Positions 33,413 to 44,495 of a stretch of DNA of 64,000 nucleotides are shown here, in pieces; positions within the stretch are counted from its first letter, which is position 1, and every line of letters starts with the position of its first letter. The DNA is taken from contig CAWFAK010000014.1 in assembly GCA_963813715.1 (NCBI GenBank), positions 1-64,000 of the forward strand. The letters run 5' to 3'. The translations under genes were made by a program, and so were the position numbers. A model generated the notes under the pieces. That model worked only from the letters and a program-made list of their open reading frames with translations. It was not told where the DNA came from and searched no databases. The DNA is from an uncultured Planctomycetaceae bacterium. Lineage in GTDB: Bacteria; Planctomycetota; Planctomycetia; Planctomycetales; Planctomycetaceae.

Positions 33413-33450
33413 CAAAACTGACGGGCAGCCTGCGCCGAAGCTGCCCGTCG
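33413..33450 (-). terminator. Intrinsic terminator after the arylsulfatase
   Basis: gacgggcagc/gctgcccgtc 10-bp stem followed by agttttg on the minus strand. Confidence 0.65.
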
Positions 33451-33472
33451 TGTCGCATTGCAAAGCGCTCGT

Positions 33473-36118
33473 CTAATCGGTGGCTTTGACGAGATGCTTG
33501 TGCATCACGTTGCGGTCGCCGGCCGTCAACTGCTCAGGCCCGAGCTTGATGGTCAGCTTGGCGATCTTGCCGTTGAAGCGGAAGGGGACCTGGTAGTCCT
33601 TGTCGTCCACGGGCGTGCGGAGATCGATTCCCACGTCGAAGGTCTCGTCAATCGACATCAAGAAGGGAATCGATTTGGGCATCTTTTCATTGGCGACTTC
33701 CTGATCGTCAACTTTCAAAACGCCCGTACCGCCTTTGCCAAACCCGGGTCCGTCGTACTTGAAGTCAAACGCAATCGTGTGCTTACCCGGTGTCAGAGCC
33801 TCCTTACCTTCCCAGCGGAAGCGCGCGAGGTCCAAGCCGTTGTATAAGAAGACCGGCTTGCCTTTGAGCAGGTACAGGCCATAGCCGCCGAAGCGGCCGC
33901 CCAGTGTATTCAACATTCCTTCCCCGCCGCCTTCAGGAATTTCCACCTCGGCGGTGATGGTGTAGGACTTGTTCAGGATGCTCGGAGCGTTACCGATGGG
34001 CAGGCCGGCCGTCACACCCGAGTAAGTAAAAATAGTCCGCCCGGCGGTCGCGCTGGGGCGGGGCGTGATGATTCGCGGGAGGACCGAGTTATCCAGCGGG
34101 AACACGTTGTACTTCGCCGCCTCGACCAGGAAGAGTTCCTGCAACTCGCGAAGCTTGTCGGGATTTGTTGCCGCGAGGTCGTTGTTCTCCGAGTAGTCCT
34201 CGGCGATGTTGTAAAGCTCCCATTTGTAGCCGTTGACCACATCGGGCAGCTGGGCCGTTCCCAGCAGCCACACCGGAACCGGCGGCGGCGTGGCGGCGAT
34301 CCAGCCGTCGTGGTAGATCGCGCGGGCACCGAACATCTCGAAGTACTGCGTGTCGCGCTTCGAGGGTGCATTGGCGTTGGCCTGATCGAAGGTGTACGCC
34401 ATGCTGACGCCTTCGATTGGTTTCTGGGCGATGCCGTTGACCATCACTGGAGCCTGGATGCCCGTCGCTTCGAGGATGGTGGGCACGATGTCGATGATGT
34501 GGTGGAACTGCGAACGAATCCCGCCGACGTCCTTGATGTGGCTGGGCCACGAAATGCACATGCCCTGCCGCGTGCCGCCGAAGAATGAGGCCACCTGCTT
34601 GGTCCATTTGAAGGGCGTATCAAACGCCCACGACCAGGCCACCGACATGTGCGGATAGGTCCCGGCCGAGCCCCACGCATCGTAGAACTTCATCTGGTCG
34701 GCGATGGGGATGTCGAGGATGGCGTTGTAGGCGGTCATCTGGTTGGGAGTGCCGACCAGTGTGCCTTCGGCGCTCGTGCCGTTGTCGCCGCTGATGTAGA
34801 TGATCAGCGTATTGTCGAGTTTGCCCATGTCCTCGACGGCCTGAATCACGCGGCCGATCTCGTGGTCGGTGTAAGCCGCGTAGGCGGCGAACACTTCCGC
34901 CTGGTGGGCGAAGAGCTTCTTATTCTCGGCAGGGAGCGTGTCCCACTTCGGCAGGCTATCGGGCCAGGGGGTGAGCTGCGTCGTCGCCGGGATCACGCCC
35001 AGGCGTTTCTGATTGGCGAAGATTTGCTCCCGCATCTCGTTCCAGCCCATGTCGAACTTGCCTTTGAACTTTTCGATCCACTCTTTGGTGGGCTGGTGCG
35101 GCGAGTGGGTGCCGCCCGGAACGTAATAGAGGAAGAACGGCTTTTCCGGGGCGGACGCATTCAAGTCGTTCATGTAGTGGATGGCGTCATCGGCCATATC
35201 GGTAATCAGGTTGTAATTTGGCTTCCCGATCCACGGAAAAACCTGCGTCGTGTTCTGAAACAAGTAGGGCGTCCACTGATCGGTCTCGCCCCCCATGAAC
35301 CCGTAGAAGTAGTCGAAGCCCATGCCGACGGGCCATTGGTTGAAGGGGCCGGCCGTGCTGTATTGATAGGTGGGCGTGTTGTGATTCTTGCCAAACCACG
35401 AGGTGGCATATCCGTTCTGCTTGAGAATCGTGCCGATCGTGGCATTGTCCACGCCGATCACGGAGTCGTAACCCGGGTAGCCCGTCGACATCTCCCCGAT
35501 GACGCCAAAGCCGACGGAGTGATGATTGCGGCCCGTAATCAAGGCCGCGCGCGTCGGCGAGCAGAGAGCTGTGGAGTGGAACTGCGTGTAGCGCAGGCCT
35601 GCCTTGGCAACGCGGTCCATCGCCGGAGTCGGAACGAGGCCGCCAAAAGTACCCGTGACCCCGTAGCCCTGGTCGTCGGTCATAATCAACAGGACGTTGG
35701 GCGCGCCCTTCGGCGGGACGATCTGCGGCGGCCAGTACGGCTTGGAGTCCTTGGCGTTCAGGTTGATCACACCGCCGAACTTCATTGCAGGGTTCGGGAC
35801 GTACTTTCCGTCAATCGTGGCCGTGCCGCTTGGCGAACCCGGCGTGCCGGCCGTTTGGTCGGATGCGCCGCTTGCTTTCGTCGTATTCGAATCGGCTTGG
35901 GCCAACAGGAGCTGCCTTCGGTCTGCTTGCAGGCGACATGCTGTCGGAGTGACAGGAGATGGACTGTTGATCGCCTGTTGAGGCCCGGTATCAGCGGCGC
36001 GAGCCTGCGAATTGGGCGTCACGTGACTCGAGGCGGCCGCGTAACCGAGCGAACCGCCGATCGCCAACGCCGCAATCATCTCGACTCTGATGTTTGCTCG
36101 TCTGATGTTTGCTCGCAT
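33473..36118 (-). CDS. Arylsulfatase (Cys-type, FGly-dependent)
   Basis: PNVLLIMTDDQG, LCSPTRAALITGRNHH, GKNH and SGDNG motifs. Confidence 0.95.
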   Translation of the reverse strand: MRANIRRANIRVEMIAALAIGGSLGYAAASSHVTPNSQARAADTGPQQAINSPSPVTPTACRLQADRRQLLLAQADSNTTKASGASDQTAGTPGSPSGTATIDGKYVPNPAMKFGGVINLNAKDSKPYWPPQIVPPKGAPNVLLIMTDDQGYGVTGTFGGLVPTPAMDRVAKAGLRYTQFHSTALCSPTRAALITGRNHHSVGFGVIGEMSTGYPGYDSVIGVDNATIGTILKQNGYATSWFGKNHNTPTYQYSTAGPFNQWPVGMGFDYFYGFMGGETDQWTPYLFQNTTQVFPWIGKPNYNLITDMADDAIHYMNDLNASAPEKPFFLYYVPGGTHSPHQPTKEWIEKFKGKFDMGWNEMREQIFANQKRLGVIPATTQLTPWPDSLPKWDTLPAENKKLFAHQAEVFAAYAAYTDHEIGRVIQAVEDMGKLDNTLIIYISGDNGTSAEGTLVGTPNQMTAYNAILDIPIADQMKFYDAWGSAGTYPHMSVAWSWAFDTPFKWTKQVASFFGGTRQGMCISWPSHIKDVGGIRSQFHHIIDIVPTILEATGIQAPVMVNGIAQKPIEGVSMAYTFDQANANAPSKRDTQYFEMFGARAIYHDGWIAATPPPVPVWLLGTAQLPDVVNGYKWELYNIAEDYSENNDLAATNPDKLRELQELFLVEAAKYNVFPLDNSVLPRIITPRPSATAGRTIFTYSGVTAGLPIGNAPSILNKSYTITAEVEIPEGGGEGMLNTLGGRFGGYGLYLLKGKPVFLYNGLDLARFRWEGKEALTPGKHTIAFDFKYDGPGFGKGGTGVLKVDDQEVANEKMPKSIPFLMSIDETFDVGIDLRTPVDDKDYQVPFRFNGKIAKLTIKLGPEQLTAGDRNVMHKHLVKATD

Positions 36119-36504
36119 GATTCTCTCCGGTTGAAGAAACGCCCGAATTCCCACCCTCTCTTGGCGCACTCCGTCACTGCGAGGGAATGCGCAATCATCG
36201 CTGGCTCATTCGATGAGCCATCCAACCGGCCCGCTCAAAGGCGAAATGCACGAAGCCGAAACATCGTCGGGATCGACCCCGCCCGCGCGACAAGAATGTC
36301 GGGGCTCAGTCAAGGAACGGTCGAATCCAGTAGCGTTGAAAGGGCAAAGAAAGGCAGTCAATGCCAAGAAAGCCCGCCGACTCATTGGCAAGCGTCTCGC
36401 AGTGTGGGCGGGTTCTGCGCGGATGTCAAGGAATTCGGGGAATCGAAGAGTTGTGAGCACCGAGTCGACGCGACGCGCCGCCCGCGATGATGCGAGAGGA
36501 TTCT

Positions 36505-36668
36505 GCGGCCCTCGCTTTAAGCCTCGGGATCATGCACGCGACACACCAACCCAAAGCGTGAGCGAGGGCTCCGAGCTCCCACCGAATTCCCGGACAGTCT
36601 CACGGCATTTGCGTGAGCATGCGAACTCACAGCAACATATGTCCACGCCGAGCCGTGCGGCATTCCAC
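36505..36668 (+). repeat. Composite palindromic repeat, copy E (full length)
   Basis: ccctcgct...cgggat / aacccaaagcgtgagcgaggg inverted pair, then aattcccggacagtctc and tccacgccgagccgtg. Confidence 0.9.
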
Positions 36669-36804
36669 CTCGCCTTTAGCTCGCAACAGTTCCACAGCCT
36701 TCTGCGCATCTCGAACTGCACAAGACGCTTGAATGGGAGAGCGCGACCGGGTGCGGTACAATCTTCAGCGGCTCGGGAAACGGTTCTGAGAGCGGAGTAA
36801 ACAG

Positions 36805-37124
36805 ATGGCGACAATCGAGAAGGGCCGCAAACTGATGACTCTCGTGAACGTCTTCACTGTGAGTCCGCATCAACAGGCCGAGCTGGCTGAAATACTCGTT
36901 GCGCAACGGAAGAGACGATGCAGCATCTACCGGGATTTATCTCCGCCAGCATCCATCGGAGCATCGACGGCACGAAGGTGATCAACTACGCCCAGTGGCG
37001 GAGCCAAGCCGATTTTTCCGCAATGAAAGAGAACCCGAAGGCACGGCCTCATATGCAAGCGGCCGCGGCGCTTGCGAGCTTCGAGCCAATTGTCTGCGAA
37101 GTCGTCGACTCAACGACAACATGA
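36805..37124 (+). CDS. Antibiotic biosynthesis monooxygenase (ABM) family protein (frameshift near 36900)
   Basis: TLVNVFTV, PGFISASIHRS.DGTKVINYAQW. Confidence 0.85.
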
Positions 37125-38023
37125 CCGAAACCGCTGCCAAGCAGAAGCGCCCCAACTACGGCATCGACGCGCCTACGGCGGTCCGCAACCTCATCCTCGG
37201 GGGCGCCGCCGCCCTCGTGCTGGCCGTGTTCTCGTACCTCCTCGACTGGGGGCTGACTAGGATGGCGACCGTCATCGCCGTCGGGTGGCTGGCGGTCGCC
37301 GGCTGGATGGTCTGGGACAGCAAGGTCGGCAAGCTGTGGTCGCGCGACCGCCTGCTCGACGGCCTCCACTTGCGGGGCGATGAGACCGTGCTCGACGTCG
37401 GCTGCGGCCGCGGCCTGCTCCTGATCGGCGCCGCCAAGCGCCTGACCACCGGGAAGGCCGTCGGCGTGGACATCTGGCAGACCGAGGACCTGTCCGGTAA
37501 TCGGCCGGAAGCCACGCTGGAGAACGCCCGGCTGGAGGGGGTGGCCGAGCGCGTCGAGGTCAAGGACGGCGACGCCCGCCGGCTCCCGTTCGCCGACGGC
37601 ACCTTCGACGTGATCGTCACGAAGGACGCGCTGCACAACATCTATAACGCGGCGGAGCGACGCACGGCCGTGCGCGAGATCGTGCGCGTGCTCAGGCCGG
37701 GCGGCCGGCTGTTCATCGGGGATGTCCGGCACACGGGCCAGTACATGCAGGTGCTGCGGGAGTGCGGCGTGCAGGACCTCCGACGCTCGGCGGAGTCGGT
37801 CCCCTCCCGGCTGCTCGGCGCCATCTCGCTCGGCTTCGTCTACCCGGCAAACGTGACGGCGCGAAAGCCGGCGCCGGCCGGCGGACAGGCGGATGGGGCA
37901 TTCGGCAACGACGTGAAGCGGCTGCCTGGTGGGACGAGCAAGCAAAATGCCCTTGCTGGCTTACCGGCGCATTCGAACGGCACCGTCCTCCTGGGATTCT
38001 TGGACGGCTCTCGGCTACCGTGA
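37121..38023 (+). CDS. Class I SAM-dependent methyltransferase with N-terminal TM segments
   Basis: YGIDAP, VLDVGCGRG, GDARRLPFADGTFD and RVLRPGG. ATGA overlap with the ABM gene. Confidence 0.9.
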   Translation: MTETAAKQKRPNYGIDAPTAVRNLILGGAAALVLAVFSYLLDWGLTRMATVIAVGWLAVAGWMVWDSKVGKLWSRDRLLDGLHLRGDETVLDVGCGRGLLLIGAAKRLTTGKAVGVDIWQTEDLSGNRPEATLENARLEGVAERVEVKDGDARRLPFADGTFDVIVTKDALHNIYNAAERRTAVREIVRVLRPGGRLFIGDVRHTGQYMQVLRECGVQDLRRSAESVPSRLLGAISLGFVYPANVTARKPAPAGGQADGAFGNDVKRLPGGTSKQNALAGLPAHSNGTVLLGFLDGSRLP

Positions 38024-38078
38024 GAGGCATTGCCACTGCCGGCCGCCCAGGCGGCCTCCGAGACTGGGAAGATTCAGC

Positions 38079-39083
38079 ATGTCAACCGCCCAGCCGCCCA
38101 TTGCACCTGACGATGCCGATCGAAGCACGCGGCTGATGGTTGCCGGCATGCTCGCGTGCCTCTGCGGGCTTTTTGCGGTGATGATGGCCGCGCTCGTCAT
38201 ACTCCGGTCGACGGTCGGTCCTCCGCGGGGGCACTCGACGAGTCCGCCGGTGGACATCAAATCCACCGTCTTCTTCCTCCTCGCGGCGGTGGCGTTCGTC
38301 TGGCTCGGAATCGGTTTGGCCAAGGCCAGGCGATGGGCCTGGACATTGACCGTCGTTTTGTCATGGATGTGGCTGATTTTCGGAGCGCTTGGGTTTGCCA
38401 CAGTCATGTTTTTCATGAGTCAAATGAAAGACGAGGCCGTCGTCCAGCACGGTGAGACGAAAGTCGCGTCGTCGGGAGCGATGACGGCAGCCATGATCGG
38501 CGTCGGCGTGTTTGGAGCCTGCATTGCTGTCCTGATGCCGGTGGTGTTTCTCATGCTTTGCCACAGCAAGTCGGTCCGCGCGACCTGTTGGAAAAGAGAT
38601 CCAAGGCCCCGCTGGACCGACCGCTGTCCGATGCCGGTGCTTGCCCTGACCATTTTTCTTGCATCCTCGATCTGGTCGATGCTCTGGCTCATGGCGTACA
38701 AGCGGATCCCGATGTTCGGGATGCTCGTCTCCGGGGCGTCAGGCGCGGCGCTGATCGTGGTCATTGTCCTGGTGCTGGGCTGGCTTGCATGGGGCACTTA
38801 TCGCCTAAAGATGGCCGCGTGGTGGGGAACGCTGTTGGTTGGGATCGTGAGTGCTTTGAACGTGGTGGTCACGCATTGGCATGCGGATCTGGCGAAGATG
38901 TATGAAAAGATGGGCATGCCCGCCGATCGGTTGGACCTCATCCAAAAGACGGGCATCCTCGACGCCACGTCTTTCTGGGCGCCCAGGATCGGCCTGGTGG
39001 TCGGTGCGGCGTGGGTGGGCTACCTGATTTTCGTACGCCGCTACTTTGTCCGGAGCCATGAGGAAAGAACAGCCATATCATGA
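38079..39083 (+). CDS. Polytopic membrane hypothetical protein
   Basis: About 8 TM segments and a WTDRCPMPVL motif. Confidence 0.75.
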   Translation: MSTAQPPIAPDDADRSTRLMVAGMLACLCGLFAVMMAALVILRSTVGPPRGHSTSPPVDIKSTVFFLLAAVAFVWLGIGLAKARRWAWTLTVVLSWMWLIFGALGFATVMFFMSQMKDEAVVQHGETKVASSGAMTAAMIGVGVFGACIAVLMPVVFLMLCHSKSVRATCWKRDPRPRWTDRCPMPVLALTIFLASSIWSMLWLMAYKRIPMFGMLVSGASGAALIVVIVLVLGWLAWGTYRLKMAAWWGTLLVGIVSALNVVVTHWHADLAKMYEKMGMPADRLDLIQKTGILDATSFWAPRIGLVVGAAWVGYLIFVRRYFVRSHEERTAIS

Positions 39084-39269
39084 CGGACTCCTGCGGCCAG
39101 CCGGCAAATCTCATCCGTTGACGTCGCATCAAACCACCGATTTCTCGGAAGCCAACCGAGGTCCAAAGTCGGCCGCCTTGCGCGCGTCGGTCACTTCGAC
39201 CGAAGCGTGGAAGAGGGGTCAAACGCCGCCCCAGGTTCTTATCGCGGATTCCGCGGAAACTGATCTTTC

Positions 39270-39321
39270 CTCGGTCCCAAGCTCCGCTTGAGGCCGTACT
39301 TCCTCGAAGCTCCGCTTCGTT
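39270..39321 (+). repeat. REP-like hairpin, uninterrupted copy of the IS target
   Basis: ctcggtcccaagctccgcttgaggccgtacttcctcgaagctccgcttcgtt matches the joined IS flanks. Confidence 0.85.
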
Positions 39322-39354
39322 CACGTGAGTCAAATCCGCGGCGCCAGAGATCCC

Positions 39355-39501
39355 CGTCGGGTTTCATGCACTCAACCCACCAACGCGAAGCGTGAGCGAG
39401 GGCTCCGAATCCCACCGAAGTCCCGGTCAGTTTCACGGCTTTCGCGTGAGCATGCGAACTTCAGCAGGATCTGCCCACGCCGAGCCGCGGAGCATGCCAC
39501 C
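39355..39501 (+). repeat. Composite palindromic repeat, copy F
   Basis: cgtcgggtttcatgcac...gaagcgtgagcgagggctccga...gagcatgcgaac...tgcccacgccgagccg. Confidence 0.9.
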
Positions 39502-39566
39502 GCGCCCCCGACAGGTCGAGAGTGGGCGAGATGAATGCGGGAAGCCTGCCCCCGCGTGCTGAAACT

Positions 39567-41667
39567 TTACGGCTGAGCCGGCGGACCGATCAGCGGCGTG
39601 CGCACTGGCTTGGCCACGCCATAGAAGACCACGACACCCTGGCCGGCGCCGAGAGTGGAGAGCGGCTCGGCGACTTGACCAAGGGCGGCCTTGTAGTCCT
39701 GCCAGTTGTTGGAGACCCACACATTGCCAGCTGGATCAATGTCGATATCCACCTGCATTTGCAATCCGCCGCCGACATAGCCGCCCGGCGGCGAGATGGC
39801 ATCGCCCGGATTCATGCCCGGAGGATTTTTATCGGTCTGGAAACCGCACAGTTCCACAATGCCGGCTGAAGAGGTGCTGAAGTTGGAGATCCAGACATGA
39901 TCGTCGCCGTCCACGGCCACAGCCCACGGTCCTGTCAGCCCCTTGCCAGACACGGGCGAGAAGGACGCTTGCCTGCCATCCGGGCGTAGGACGGAGACAC
40001 TGCCGCCTTCCCAGTAGCCTGAGGTCTGCGCCGCCATCGCGGGAATCAACACCTTAGTGAGCCGATCAGCCGGGTCGGGATCGCCGTCTAAGTTCACTTT
40101 GAAAGCCGCCAGCATTTCATAGAGCTTGAGGCGACCGCGCTCGGAGCTGCCTAATCGGTTGGAGACCCAGACGTTGCCCTGACTGTCAACGGCCAGGCCA
40201 CTGGGACTAAATCCCACATCGAAGGTTTCCACCTTGGTCGGATCGGCGGCCGAAAAGCGCGTCACCCAATGGCCCCCGGCGTTCGTGACCCAAATGCGGT
40301 CCTGTTGATCAATTGCGAGATGAAACGGGGCCATCAGCTTGTAGGGGTTTCGTAGCGGATCGCCGGTCGGGTTTTGCATGAGCAACTCGCCCTTGGCGGG
40401 GTCGCCCTTGGGGAATCGCACGACCTGCATTTGGGTCGCGTCAAGCGCCCAGATGTCGCCGTTGGGCGCGGCGATGATGCCCTGCATCTTGCCGAGCTGG
40501 CCGTTGAAGGTGTAGCCCGTGGGTGGCGAGAGTGGTTTGCCGGAATTGCTCGAATTTGGAAATCCCCGCGCCTGTGAAGCTCGAGACCCACACATTGTCA
40601 TCCGCATCGAGAGTGAGCCCGAAGCCGGGCCCCATCAGCCCGCCACCGGTAAAGCCTGAGGTCATCGGCGACAGCGGTTGGCCATTCGGGGCGAACTTCG
40701 TGATGTTGCCCGACCAGAGGATGGACTGGTTCTGGGCGCCGACTAGGAAATTGTCGGCCGCCCAGCAATTGCCTTGGCCATCAATCATCAGCTTGCCGGG
40801 AGCACTCAGCCCGCCACCGGTGAACTTGAGCGGCAACACCCACGCGCTCGGAGGAAAATTCAGGTAAGGCTGAAACGGCGCTGGCCGCAGAAACTTGCCC
40901 TGTGGGATGGGATAGAAGGCAGCCAACAATTCGAAAACCATTGCCGGCTGATGCCAAGGATTGTGAGCGATCATCTCCGCCGCCGTCAGCGTGTCAGTCG
41001 GAACATTGCCGGCCGGGTCCGTCGCAGCCGCAAAGAAACGACTGCACGCATCTGGTGTCACCTGTGTGATGCAACCGGCCAGCACGTCGGCCAGTGTCGC
41101 GAAGTTTGCCATCGTCGGTGTCTGCGCACTGTTCAGCGCGTCCTGAATGGCGCCGCCATAACCGCCCGTCTCGATGTCGACGAAGTTGGCCACGTTGCCG
41201 GCGGCGATGCGCAGGCCGAGCTGCTTTCCGCTCAACACCTCGCCCTTGAGGAATTGCGCACAGGTCCAGACCGACGCCACCGTGGTGAATTCATTGACGG
41301 TGACTTTTCTCGGAACCGATGTCCCAAGCACCGTCAGGAGCGCAATGGTGTCACTGGCGCCTTTGTTCACGGCGGCTTTCGGGGTGCCGCCCTTGGCGAT
41401 CACGTATAGCACGCTATCCGCCGGGGCTGGTTTGGCACTCAGTTTGAAAGCACCGTCGGCGTCCGATTTCCCTTGGGCCAGTTCCTGCGGAGCGCCGGTG
41501 CTTGCCGCGTAAAGCGTCACGGTCGATCCGGCGATAGGACTGCCGGCGCCCTGGACGTTTCCCACGATCTCAGCGGCAATCGCCCGAACATCCAACAACA
41601 AGAACGCAGTCACGGCCGCCAGCACAGCTAGGCCACGAGCGGGCATTGCGTGCATCACTTTGCTCAT
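39567..41667 (-). CDS. Secreted NHL/Vgb-like beta-propeller protein (frameshift near 40550)
   Basis: Signal peptide and repeated (L/I)A(V/I)DxxGN(V/I)WVxN blades. Confidence 0.85.
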
Positions 41668-41801
41668 GTTTCGTTCTCTTCGTCTCTGCGACTCGTGAAT
41701 CCGTCTGAGACTTGTGAATCCTTCCGACCAAGGGGTGCTATTTTCGGCTCGACGGTCCATCGTTGTCCAGCAGCGCAGCCCGCTTTTCGGCCACTCACGG
41801 C

Positions 41802-41867
41802 CTCGGGACGTTCGCGTAAGCATGCAACGTGAAGCCAGACATGCCCACGCCGAGCCGTGGGGTATGC
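41802..41867 (+). repeat. Composite palindromic repeat, copy G (right part)
   Basis: ctcgggacgttcgcgtaagcatgc...acatgcccacgccgagccgtggggtatgc. Confidence 0.85.
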
Positions 41868-41939
41868 GGGAATGTCCTGGCGGCGACGGAGGCAAGGTCG
41901 ATTCCGCCTGAAAAGCTGCGCCGCGGCCGCAGCCGAGGG

Positions 41940-43826
41940 CTAGCGGAAGAGCCGCGCGGGCAGCTTGCGGACCTTCCTTGGGAATCGCGGGAGATGGATC
42001 TCGGGCCGTTCGGACTCGTTGTCTTCGATCTGCTGTCGATAGGCCGAGAGGATGTCGCTTCGCGTCACAATGCCGATCAGGCGCGTCGGCTGGCTCCGCA
42101 TGACGACCGGGAGCCGGCCAATGTTGTGATTCACCATGTGATTGGCGGCCTGCCGCGCTGAGCAGTCGTCGTAGACGAATTTCGGCGGGCGGAAGAGAAT
42201 TTCGCGCAGCTCGCGCTGGCGCTGATCCGCGGATCCAGCAGATCTCGCCGTGTCAACACGCCGACGAGATGCCCGGCTGGATTGAGAATGGGAAATCCCT
42301 GGTGCTGATTCTCGTCGGTGCGGAGTGCCAGCCACCGCCGGGCGCTGTCGACGGTTTGCGTGCTGCGCAACGTCACGACGGGCTTGGAGGCGATGTCACC
42401 CACAATGACTTGTTCCAACGGGTCGGCCATATATTCGGCCGGCGCGCGGATGCCCATGCGGGCGATCTTCTCGGTCATCATCGAATTCTTGGCTAACAGC
42501 GTGGCCACCAGGTAACTGGCCGCACACCCGGCCAACAGTGGCAGCAGTCCGTACGGCTGATAGGTGGTCTCGAAAGCCAACATGGCCGACGCGAGGACGG
42601 CCCGCGAAGCGCCAGCAAACAGGGCCGCCATGCCGACGAGCGCCGCCACACGGACATCGATGCCGGCTTGAGGAATGAGCCAATTGGTCATTGCCCCCAG
42701 CGTCTGTCCGCAGCCGGCGCCGATCATCAACAATGGTGCCAGCGTGCCTCCCGTCGTCCCGCTCGAGAGCGAAATGGACCACGAGATGAACTTCAGCAGA
42801 CAGAGCAAGAACACAAACTTGATCGGCAAGCCGTCCGCGAGGAAGTTGGCGATGTTGTAGTAGCCGACGCCAAGCGTGTCGGGCGCGACATAGCCGACGA
42901 CTCCCACGGCCACGGCGCCGATCGCGGGCCACCACATCCAATGGATGGGAAGACGATCGAATGCGCTCTCGAATGCATAGACGACGCGGCGTGACGCCCG
43001 TCGCAATGACACCCAGGGCGATTCCCAGCATCACGAAGAAGACGAGCCCGGACATCGACGCCGGCGCGACGTTGCCCATCTCGAAGACGGGTCGCGGTCC
43101 GGCCAGCAGCAATCGGAGTCCGGCCGCCGTGGCGCTGGCTATGGCCACTGGAATGATCGAGCGGGCCCGAAACTCGAAGAGCAACAGTTCAATTGCCAGT
43201 AGGACGGCCGCCACCGGGCAGCCGAATGTCGCCGTCATGCCGGCCGCCGCGCCTGCCGCCAAGAGCGTCTTTCGCTCGGCCGGCGTCGTCGAAATCAGCT
43301 GCCCGAAGAGGGAGCCCAACGCGCCGCCGGTCGCAATGACGGGTCCCTCTGCACCGAATGGGCCGCCGGTGCCGATGGAAATCGCCGCCGACAGCGGCTT
43401 CAGGAACGTCAACCGCGCGGGGATTCTGCTGTGATGGACGAGCACCTGCTCCATCGTTTCCGGGATGCCGTGCCCACGAATGGCCTTGGAGCCGTAACGC
43501 GACATGACTCCCACAATCAGCCCGCCGACGATCGGCACAAGCACCACCCACAAGCCCAGAGCGTTTTGGGCCGGGCTGCTTCCCGCAAACGACCAACGGT
43601 GGAAAAAAGCGACGTTGGTAAAGAAGGCGATAAGCCGCATCAACACGAAAGCGGCGCCGGTTGCCGTGGCACCGAGGACGACGGCCACGGCGCAGAGCAC
43701 CACGACGCGGCGATCGACGACCGCGGTTTCCGCCGGCACCTGGGCCGCCTCGCTCACCAGATCGAGCGCGGGGGAGATCGTCAGTCCGCCGGTCGTTGCG
43801 GATTGCGCCTTTTCGTTTCTGCTCAT
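41940..43826 (-). CDS. ClC-family chloride channel/antiporter with CBS domains (two frameshifts)
   Basis: GHGIPE, GGPFGAEGP and GTTGGTLAP motifs plus a C-terminal CBS pair. Confidence 0.92.
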
Positions 43827-44495
43827 CCTCGAGTGACTCGATTCCGATCAGAGGTGCTGCTTGGACGATGCGTCAAATGGAGAGACGTTTTCGTTCGTCG
43901 GCGGGCGCACGCTGAGGACCGGGCGTTCCGGGCTTTCGTCGGTCACGACTCGAAATGAATTGGTGAAAGTTTGAGAGAGCCGCCGAGAAGAAGTCGTGGC
44001 GGCGAGGGCCGGAGTTCTACATCTCGACGCCTCGCGTGTCGACCCGAATCGCGCTTGGTTCAAACTCGCGAACAGCCAGCGATACCTTGTTTGCGTTGGC
44101 GCCACCTGAGTCATCTTCGACAAGCCGACGCGTTGCTCTGCGGCCAATTCACGACCCTCGCCCGCTAAGCCAACATTTACTTCAGAGCGCTTTGCCGGTC
44201 GGTAAGGCGAGCAGAATTACGGTTCCGCAATCCAGAAACTCGCGGAGCTTCGCTCGCTTACCGAAGTGCGTCACCGTTGCGCAGCGTTTGCGATTTGAGC
44301 AGATCGGCCAGGGTTGCCATTTGTCGCATTCGCTCGGGTCGCGGGTCACGGGTTTCGCAACACGGCCGACGAACACTTACAGACTGCCGATTTCCGTGCA
44401 GCCCGGTCGGCCGCAGACCGACATAAATAAAAGCGGCAGCTTTGCATTGCGTGTCGCGTGACGGACTGAGCGATCACCGCCGCGGAGGAAGACAA

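Noticed and set aside
36087..36116. 15-bp tandem duplication at the arylsulfatase start (RANIR x2)
   Set aside because: It is real but a trivial in-frame slippage in the leader, with no sign of function.
34649..36490. Long antisense ORFs (e.g. 34649..36490, 61975..63519, 6894..8198)
   Set aside because: These are shadow ORFs opposite well-supported genes in high-GC DNA.
43827..44200. Fluoride riboswitch upstream of the ClC gene
   Set aside because: No crcB-motif consensus is visible, and the channel has GHGIPE rather than the fluoride-type signature.
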